Position numbers and translations under genes: made by a program. From an uncultured Rhodospirillales bacterium (GTDB lineage Bacteria > Pseudomonadota > Alphaproteobacteria > RF32 > CAG-239), in NCBI GenBank assembly GCA_902761715.1, contig CACWLK010000003.1:21498-85497 (forward strand): a stretch of DNA of 64,000 nt, given 5' to 3'. The notes under the pieces were generated by a model, which had not been told where the DNA came from, made no database searches, and worked only from the letters and a program-made list of their open reading frames with translations. Numbering within the stretch: position 1 is the stretch's first letter; each line of letters begins with the position of its first letter. Shown here one piece after another: positions 36,701 to 44,000 of this stretch.

Positions 36701-37595
36701 TGATATGTCCAACAACGGTAAATACTCGGTTGTTGATATGCAGAAAAACGCTTCAGCCGGCAATTTGCAAAGATTCAAAACTTTGTATGAATGCCGAGAT
36801 TTGCGTATTACCGGACAGACCCCCGGCATTGGAAACGTCTTAAATACGTTTATTGTATACGATGCCAATATCGAGAACAAAAAAGATCGCACTACTCTTG
36901 GCAATGCTGCCGGAAGTATCAGTGATCCGGTTACCAGTGAGCTTGGTATGTTCTTGAAGTATAACGACGGAACCCTGTCCATGAACAAACTTCCGTATTA
37001 TGGTTATACCATGTTGATTAAAAAGGAAAAGGATGCCGAAAAGGATGGCAAATATAAAATTAATGCTGATGACAATATTTATCAGCGCTCTATGCTTGCC
37101 GACAACCAAATCGGAGAATTCTTGCACTTTGTCGACAAAGAACTTGACGTCAAGAAAAACCTTGATGAAATCGAAGCCAACTTGGCTAACTTGAAAACAA
37201 GCTTAACAGAGTTGTTTGACAAGATAAACTTTAAGCTGAAAGATGATATCGATTTTGCATCAGAAAGCGACTTTAATTACGTTGTTAAAAAACTTGAAGA
37301 ACAGAAAAATACTCTTATGAGCAAGGTTTCAAGTTCTATGAAGTCAATTAATCATGGTAATGCTACCGTAAATGAACGTTATCAGAGATTAGACAATACC
37401 TATAAGGCTTTGTTGCAAGACAACAAGTATAAAGTCAACCTGACGACCAATACTCAAGCCGGCAGTTCTCTTACCGAAAGCATAAAGACTGCGGAAACAA
37501 ACGAAAAAGTAATTGAAAAATCTCGTAAGGAAGGATATGATTCCATCCAAGAACAGATTGACAATTATGAACGTCCTGTATGTATGCCGTATTAG
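33750..37595 (+). CDS. Large (1281 aa) secreted protein, coiled-coil N-terminal two-thirds plus globular C-terminal region, unknown
   Basis: Signal peptide ...SKPADA|Q with SD AAGGAGAA. Long uninterrupted ORF inside the T4SS operon. I recognised no family motif. Confidence 0.6.
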   Translation: MKKIFSRIFLAVCVVAGGLLISKPADAQLLFGISFDAKGDVKSTIQQVEQYLATVQEEVVAKVKEALTAVKSTVDKYKGSITRLVSKIPGTKDFDVAGSVDVYDYEAVKTAFNELFLQYPSTEPRIKKAYEQKAEQFYYDTLVEVKTALVELETQLGKYRKEVEAFSEEALTSDGSGSTASSEEENGVDYNVYMAARKMNDILKITEELVAMRNQYFAASMMHGGRQVLPAEKVEPKAEPSEKTSELSGVSKMMFGQFMTQGAIPAPAAPSEGETEEKTVSQNKSSDRFVVPAAPATSAPLEGSEAELDALKRVANTQEIVNSALDVHNMLQRMPEYKSMYKQYSLYKKLHERAVEGVKEADVCVTRYLGRRYSEPNKVWFGQATPPVAACDYNSRKGLSQWAITAYQAANDDAGNAIDVNSFANYDIDTDGDSQTLVDPDVEALEKKNAEEPVDESYVKPSHDQEYSNSVREVELLNWIIGRKAAMLLVEDQYNKQVYGAAEHPFPIWNDQRSYYDQYISGKYESIKAYLRELDFTKAALSIAQTLNSGQEESEDKDNTATALGELESAMAEMEPPVKATSRLLEEKTQSLASIRQKEADELAPYLKTKDSLNEKLDSWSNAIVEITEEINGLNQQSSYNKSRAESANTQIKLMDSRGTPTESTLYVEAKETFANATESYAENVEELGEKRITLKKYEIERDKVQTALDKLNKQIEEIQSRYQHEIIAIESDYDAQIIALQKNPDIAPLLSSIAQSANITDIGALGFISQADGLINTARSCAIQFVEDLESDLSAMKADDALYLDKNNGAVVSKHAEMIEKLKALPGNCFEKEVAATIGSLSVSPQSIIPLLQGLFTMPLTEICTNYTCDAGDTQYFVGLPAKERDFTAPRAALVTHYPPVRDMVHLDTTDYKHMDVSKDGRLNRNAFLEYGLEQPYIWQLLLSDKAFIERGVDLEAVLEKGGEGKAFARGIQLPCRTGNYMIDMSNNGKYSVVDMQKNASAGNLQRFKTLYECRDLRITGQTPGIGNVLNTFIVYDANIENKKDRTTLGNAAGSISDPVTSELGMFLKYNDGTLSMNKLPYYGYTMLIKKEKDAEKDGKYKINADDNIYQRSMLADNQIGEFLHFVDKELDVKKNLDEIEANLANLKTSLTELFDKINFKLKDDIDFASESDFNYVVKKLEEQKNTLMSKVSSSMKSINHGNATVNERYQRLDNTYKALLQDNKYKVNLTTNTQAGSSLTESIKTAETNEKVIEKSRKEGYDSIQEQIDNYERPVCMPY

Positions 37596-37608
37596 AGAAC
37601 GCTGGTAG

Positions 37609-38364
37609 ATGAGTAAATTAGGTAATATACTTGAAAACACTAAAGTAATGGCATTGACCGACAAAAGTGGTAGAATATACCACTTTCTCGGTCAGGCCGA
37701 AAAAGAAAAACACAGTGTTAAAATGTATTATTACCTGTGGCTGTCGCGCATGTTCATCTTTACAGCCGCCATCTCTTTAGCGATTTTTGTTGCCGCCTCA
37801 CTAGCTTTGTTCAAACTGGCTCCGATGGTTACTGTCGAGCCGTTTTTAATCATCAATCAAAGCAGTTCTGATGATATTGCGCGTTACGAGCCGATTGCAC
37901 TAAACATGGCATCGCGCGAGCAGTTTATGGAGACATTCGTCAGACAATACGTTATGTACCGCAATACTGTGCTAGACGATAAACTGGAAATGATGTCGCG
38001 CTGGTATCCCGGGGGCATAATCAACTTTCTGTCCAGCCCTGACGTCTACAATAAATTTTATAAAGACCTTGAAGAGACTGAAAGAAGAAACCAAAAGAGC
38101 CGCTCATCTCAAGAAGTTGAGATCATATCTTCACAACGTATTGGCGGAAAGCGTAGCGCTGTGTGGAAAGTAAACTTTAAGACTTATGAAATCTCAAGTC
38201 GTGAACGCAGTACCAATAAAGGATATCTCGTCCTTAACACAAATTATTGGACCGCCTCAATCACCGCATTTTTTATCCCTGAACGCATATTCATGGGACG
38301 TCGTCTTATGAATCCGCTTGGTTTTACGGTTGTTAAATACGATCAATCCAAAGTTCAATTTTAA
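37609..38364 (+). CDS. virB8: T4SS protein VirB8, copy 1
   Basis: Single N-terminal TM (MFIFTAAISLAIFVAASLALF). VirB8 periplasmic domain pattern is VEPFLI...FVRQYVMYRN...YWTASI...NPLGFTVVKY. Confidence 0.85.
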   Translation: MSKLGNILENTKVMALTDKSGRIYHFLGQAEKEKHSVKMYYYLWLSRMFIFTAAISLAIFVAASLALFKLAPMVTVEPFLIINQSSSDDIARYEPIALNMASREQFMETFVRQYVMYRNTVLDDKLEMMSRWYPGGIINFLSSPDVYNKFYKDLEETERRNQKSRSSQEVEIISSQRIGGKRSAVWKVNFKTYEISSRERSTNKGYLVLNTNYWTASITAFFIPERIFMGRRLMNPLGFTVVKYDQSKVQF

Positions 38365-38424
38365 TATTCCTGTTAATAAGTTGGTTATATTTAGACTTTT
38401 ACAAAAAAAGAGTCTAAAGTCAAA

Positions 38425-38438
38425 CTAACTATAGTTAG
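38425..38438. promoter_or_regulatory. Perfect 14-bp palindrome upstream of virB7
   Basis: CTAACTATAGTTAG, 15 nt before the virB7 ATG, in the only sizeable intergenic gap of the distal operon. Confidence 0.2.
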
Positions 38439-38453
38439 CAAAGGAATATTCTT

Positions 38454-38642
38454 ATGATGAAAAAAGTAATACTTCTCTTCTTCGTCGTATTATTAGCTGG
38501 TTGTGGCCTCTTCGGTTCTTATTATGAACCGGAGCCGGTCGAAATTGGTAAGGCTTCTGATGAACTAAAACTTTCTCCTTGTGCGTGCATGCAGGTTGAG
38601 CTCCCGCATACCCTGCCTGATTGGTTTGTCGAGACAATTTAA
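38454..38642 (+). CDS. virB7: Small lipoprotein, VirB7-like
   Basis: 62 aa with lipobox LLAGC. Located between two virB8 copies, as rvhB7 is in Rickettsiales. Confidence 0.55.
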   Translation: MMKKVILLFFVVLLAGCGLFGSYYEPEPVEIGKASDELKLSPCACMQVELPHTLPDWFVETI

Positions 38643-38665
38643 TACATTCGGAGATATCAAAAAAC

Positions 38666-39397
38666 ATGGCCACGCAAATTGGAAATACCCCAAACAATCA
38701 GCGGCTTCTGCCCGGAAATGCCACGGTTCGTAAAAATACGCCGTCTGCTTCCGGCGACGTTTTTGTTGCCAATGTGGCAGAAAAAAGATATCTGTGGACG
38801 GCTCGTGCATTTGCAATCATTACGGCAATAAGTTTTTGCTGCAATATAATTCTTCTCTTGGCTGTAGCACAAGTTATTCCGCTCTATCGTGTTGAGCCGT
38901 TTCTGCTCACTTTTCAGAATAAAGAGGAGCAGGTTTATAACTTGGTTCCGCTCAATAAAAATATGACGTCAGCCAAAAATGTAACCGAGGTGTTTGTGCG
39001 CCAATATGTTCTGATGCGCAGTTCGTTTAATCGCGACACCAAGGAGGTCGAGGCCAGATGGATGCCCGGTGGCGCCATCCAGGAAATGTCGGCCCAAACC
39101 GTGTACGATGATTTCGTAAAAAACACCGCCAATCGTGCTCTTGAGCTGATTCGTACTCGCAAAATGATACGTGATGTGCGCATTATGACTGTTAACGAGC
39201 TGAGCCAAGGGATTTGGCAGGTTGAATACGAAACTCGTGATATGTTCCCTGATTCCAAAACCCCGGAGATTAACTATTGGACCGCCTCTTTGCGCGTTGC
39301 TTACAGACATAAAACCGTAAAACACAAAGAGCGCCTAAAAAATCCGATTGGTTTTACGGTTACAAATTATTCTTTGAGTCACAATAAGGTACAATAA
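38666..39397 (+). CDS. virB8: T4SS protein VirB8, copy 2
   Basis: TM AFAIITAISFCCNIILLLAVA. Motifs parallel copy 1 (VEPFLL...FVRQYVLMRS...YWTASL...NPIGFTVTNY). ATG at 38666. Confidence 0.85.
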   Translation: MATQIGNTPNNQRLLPGNATVRKNTPSASGDVFVANVAEKRYLWTARAFAIITAISFCCNIILLLAVAQVIPLYRVEPFLLTFQNKEEQVYNLVPLNKNMTSAKNVTEVFVRQYVLMRSSFNRDTKEVEARWMPGGAIQEMSAQTVYDDFVKNTANRALELIRTRKMIRDVRIMTVNELSQGIWQVEYETRDMFPDSKTPEINYWTASLRVAYRHKTVKHKERLKNPIGFTVTNYSLSHNKVQ

Positions 39398-39398
39398 G

Positions 39399-41084
39399 AT
39401 GGATAAAACTATGTTGTCAAAATATGTAAAAATAAGTCTTATCGCTTTGTTTGGAGTTTTCTTCTCAACAAACGCTTTTTCTCAGGCCGCGGTTAACAGC
39501 ATGGATCAAGCGCAAGGCAATGGGCAATATCAACCGATGGATATGACCTATGCCGGTTTCAACTCTTTAGGTATGATGCAAAGCGCATGGCTTGATCCTT
39601 TGCAAAACCTTGGAGAGGGACAAACCAAGCCGGCTTATTCAAAATATTACTGGTCTCCTGATTTGGTTTTGCCCCTGCGTCTGCGTGAGGGGATGATTAC
39701 CATGATTAACTTCCCGGAGTGGGAAATGATTGAGGACATCTATATCGGTGATAACTCTACTTTTGACGGGCAAATTTCCGGTCCTAATACCTTATTGTTG
39801 TATCCCCGCTCAGGTGCCAATGTCGGCGTTGATACCAACGTTATTGTGTTCGGACGCTCCGGCAACCGTTATGTATTTTATGTTCGCAGTGAGGGGGTAA
39901 ATACCGAAAGGCTGACTAATGCAATCGTTGATATTGAAGTAGTCGGCGGTAATAATGGTGTAGGCGGAGCCGGCGCAATGGGAAACGGGGGGTCCGCTTC
40001 CGGAGGAGGACGCATTAATGCAACTTCTTATTACGGCGGAAACGGAAAATCAGTAGATTCGACTTTTACCAAACGCAACCAAAAAAATAATTGGATTGAG
40101 AGTATCCCTCTCGATCCGACTAAATTTCGTTTTGATATTGAAGTTTATGTCCCCAACCCCGATGACGTCGTAATCGCACCGGAAAGAGTTTGGCGTGATG
40201 ACATATTTACTTATATTGATTTAGGTAACAAATCGCTCAATATGACACAGCGTCCGATTGTCAGCCTTATTGTTGAAAGAATGGAAGTTCCTGTCGGTTT
40301 CAGAACCAAGGGGCCTAACAATCGCTTAATTATTGTCGAAGCAATCGGCGACATGGTTTTGCGTAACGGCAAGAGAATTGTATGCCTCAAAATGCGTCGT
40401 TCTGATGATGCCGGCCTTGAAGATGTAAGCTATGCCAAAGATATTACGGATAAAGAATGGGATAGAGGCGACAAAATCCCGTCCGGAGGTCGTGGCACTG
40501 CCGGTGCTGCTTCTTATCCTGATTTCAGCGCCGGAACTGTTAATGGTGCAGCCAACATGCCGACCGGAGAAGTTGATATTAATGTTGATGGTAGCTCAAT
40601 TATTGCTCCGCAATATGGCAACGGTGCCGGCGGAGGCTATGGCAATGGCGCCGGTGGTGCTTATGGTAATGGTGCCGGTGGCGGACAAGGTGGCTATTAT
40701 GGTGCCGGAGGGGATTTTGATTATTCTAAAATGCACAGAATTCAAAATACTCAACAATTTGATCCGGCGGCCAGCAATTTTGCAAACCAGTATCGCTACG
40801 GTTCAGGTTTTAGCGACAGCTCCGGTTCAAATATATCAATTGAGCTTGGTACGGATGCTAATGTCGAAAATCTGGAAAGCTTGTGGGATAATTTATCTGA
40901 TAAACATTCTAAGATTTTGCAAAAATATGATCCGTTCTTCTCGGTTGATGCTCCTGCCGATGGTCAAGGTAAAGAACTGTTCCATTTGCGTGTCGGACCG
41001 GTTAAATCACTCGAAGAAGGTGATGGGGTCTGCAGCAGACTTGGTCGAAACGGTGTATTTTGTAGTGTGGTCAGAACCCAATGA
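39399..41084 (+). CDS. virB9: T4SS outer-membrane core protein VirB9 with Gly-rich linkers and a C-terminal SPOR domain
   Basis: Signal peptide ...NAFSQA. VirB9/CagX N- and C-domains (YYWSPDLVLPLRLREGMITMINFP; FDIEVYVP...IFTYIDLG...IVCLKM). Three YGNGAGG(G/A) repeats. The last 84 aa are SPOR-like (LFHLRVGPVKSLEEGDGVCSRLGRNGVFCSVV). Confidence 0.85.
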   Translation: MDKTMLSKYVKISLIALFGVFFSTNAFSQAAVNSMDQAQGNGQYQPMDMTYAGFNSLGMMQSAWLDPLQNLGEGQTKPAYSKYYWSPDLVLPLRLREGMITMINFPEWEMIEDIYIGDNSTFDGQISGPNTLLLYPRSGANVGVDTNVIVFGRSGNRYVFYVRSEGVNTERLTNAIVDIEVVGGNNGVGGAGAMGNGGSASGGGRINATSYYGGNGKSVDSTFTKRNQKNNWIESIPLDPTKFRFDIEVYVPNPDDVVIAPERVWRDDIFTYIDLGNKSLNMTQRPIVSLIVERMEVPVGFRTKGPNNRLIIVEAIGDMVLRNGKRIVCLKMRRSDDAGLEDVSYAKDITDKEWDRGDKIPSGGRGTAGAASYPDFSAGTVNGAANMPTGEVDINVDGSSIIAPQYGNGAGGGYGNGAGGAYGNGAGGGQGGYYGAGGDFDYSKMHRIQNTQQFDPAASNFANQYRYGSGFSDSSGSNISIELGTDANVENLESLWDNLSDKHSKILQKYDPFFSVDAPADGQGKELFHLRVGPVKSLEEGDGVCSRLGRNGVFCSVVRTQ

Positions 41085-44000
41085 GTAAAGAAGTATTAAC
41101 ACATTCAGAAAGTTATATCAGAAAAACCAACCGCATAATTCTTGCGGTTGGTATAACTTCTTTTGTTATTTTTATACTCGGGTTATATCTTCTTTTTTCA
41201 AGCGGTGACAAAGGTAGTGAATACACTGACCCCTCATTTACCGACAATGATGATCCGCTCCAGGTCGAAACTTCCACGTCAGATGACACCGGCATTGAAT
41301 TTGAGCCGATTGATGACGGAGTGCCCCCCATCACTTCTACCCCTAATCCGGTTCCTTTAGGGCAGGTCGTAATCGGTTCTGATGCCAAAAACGTTTTAAC
41401 CATTGGTACAAACGGCAAAGCTACAGTCAGTATTATATCTGTTCAGTTGGCTGAGCCTGCTTTTGACGGCTTTAGTTTTGAGGACTATTGTACAGGAAAA
41501 CACTTGCGTGGTTCTGAAACCTGCGATATCACCATGAAATGGACCCCGGTTGTTACCGGAAACGTGCAAAATAACTTTATCATCAGCTGGCACGAAAGCA
41601 ATATTGCCAAAAGCAATTCAAAATCCGAAAAAGTTCCTGTGTTTGGCAACGCCGTAACCAAGGAAGACTGCAATTTCTGCGATACTGCCACCGGAGGAAC
41701 ATCGGGCTCCGGTTCACAAGCCACCGGTCGAAAAGGTGAGACCTTATCGAGAACAATCGTTGGTCCGGACGGGTCGGTAATCGGATATGCCGATGACGAA
41801 GGCTATGTTTATGACCAGAAAAATAATGTAATCGGTCGTATTAACGAAAACGGTTTGGCTGTTGACGGTGATGGTAACATCATTGGTGTCGCCAACAACC
41901 GTAAACTGGTGTTTGACCCGAATGGCAACGTTATCGGTTATGTAAATCCTGACGGCTCTGTTGTAGACTTAAATGGCAATGTAATCGGCCGCATGCTTCC
42001 TGATGGTACTGTTGTCGATAATGAGGGCAATGTAATCGGTCATGCGGTTGATATGGGATATGTCTACGATGATAATGGCAATATTATAGGTCGGGTAATG
42101 CCTGACGGTACGGTCGTTGATATGAACGGCAATGTCATTGGTCGTCTTAACGAAAAAGGTGAAGTTGTCGATTCCAATGGCAATGTCATCGGACATGTTA
42201 CCAAAACCGGACGAGTAGCTGTTGATGACGATGGCAATATTCTCGGTGTCGTAATGCCGGATGGCTCAGTTGTTGATGCTAATGGTGATGTAATCGGTAA
42301 TGTTGATAAAGACGGCAATGTTATTGCCAGCCCCAATGCCCCCTCACGCAGTGTTAATCGCCGCCTTGTTCGCAATGCTGACGGACAGGTTGTCGGTTAT
42401 GTTGATGAAAACGGTGCTGTTCGAGATTTTAGTGGTAACACAATCGGCAGAACCCGTCCTGACGGCACAATTGTTGACAATGAAGGTAATGAACTTTCTG
42501 CATCAGGTGCTGTGTTGGCATATAACGAGGATGGCAAAGTAATCGGTTATGTCGATAAAGACGGCAATGTTATCGGCGAAGACGGAAAATCTTTAGGCAC
42601 CGTATCTTCTAACGGAATGATTATCGACAGCGAAGGAAATATTATCGGACGTGCCGCTCCTGATGATGATGATAGCTCGAGAGTTAAGGCGTTTGCTTTT
42701 GATGAAAACGGCAACGTCATCGGCTATGTGGATGATGATGGCGTAGTCCGTGATTTTAACGGCAATGTTATCGGCAAAGTAATGCCTGACGGAACCATTG
42801 TCAGTGGTGAAGGAACTATTGTCGGCAAAGCCTTAAATGGTAAAAAGTTAGCCTATGACAAAGATGGCAAGCTTATCGGTTATGTTGATGATGACGGTAC
42901 GGTTTATGATTTTGCCGGCAACAAAATCGGCAAAATGCTTGAAGATGGTACTATTGTAGATGAAAACGGTAACACCATTGGTCTCGCTGTTCAGCCCAAC
43001 AAACTGGCCTACGACAAAGATGGCAATCTTATCGGTTATGTCGATGAAAACGGCGATGTTTATGACTTTAACGGCAACAAAATCGGTAAAATGCTCGAAG
43101 ACGGCACTATTGTTGACGAAGAAGGCAATGTAATCGGTAGAGCTCCGGAACGCTTGGCCTATGACAAAGATGGCAAGTTGATGGGCTATGTCGACAACAA
43201 CAATGATGTTTATGACTTTGCCGGCAACAAAATCGGCAAAATGCTTGAAGACGGCACCATTGTTGACGAAAACGGTAACACCATCGGTCATGGTGTTTTA
43301 CCGGCAGAATTAGTTTATGACAAAGACGGCAACGTAATCGGTTATGTCGGTGAGGACGGTAATGTCTATGACTTTAACGGCAATAAAATCGGACAAGTTC
43401 TTTCCGATGGCACGGTAATTGATCCTGACAGTAAAATAATCGGCAAAGCTGGTCCGGCAAAGGCGGATGGTTATCGTTTAGCCTATGACCCGAAAGGTCG
43501 GGTTATCGGCTATGTTGAAGATGATGGCACAGTTAAAGATTTTGCCGGCAATGTTATTGGTCGTATGCTCCCTGATGGCACTATTATAGATGCAAACGGC
43601 AATATTATCGGTCGTGCCGGCTCAGCCACTCGTCAGCTGGCCTATGACAAAGATGGCAAGGTTATAGGTTATGTTGATGAAAACGGTAATGTTATCAATT
43701 TTAATGGTGATGCCATCGGTAAGATGATTCCCTCCGGCAAACTTGTTAACAGCAACGGCGACGAAATCGGAACAGTAGGCGGATTTGCAAAAATGTTGTT
43801 GGATAAAGACAATAAAATAACCGGCTACATCGGTCCGGACGGAGAGGTTTTTGATATTGAAGGCAACGCCATCGGCTATATGGATGCTGACGGCAATATT
43901 ACCAGTAATACCCAAACAGTTCTCGGTCGTTTGATTCAGGAGTACATGATCCCTGTCACACCTCAAGGCGAAGTTTTGGGCACAGTCAACAACAATGGAA

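Noticed and set aside
42848-43291. Antisense ORFs inside the repeat genes (42848-43291, 43622-44023, 45025-45480, 46348-46845, 47926-48285, 48889-49419 and others).
   Set aside because: They mirror the repeat periodicity of the sense strand, have no SD or start context, and fully overlap well-supported genes. They are typical by-products of biased, repetitive codon content.
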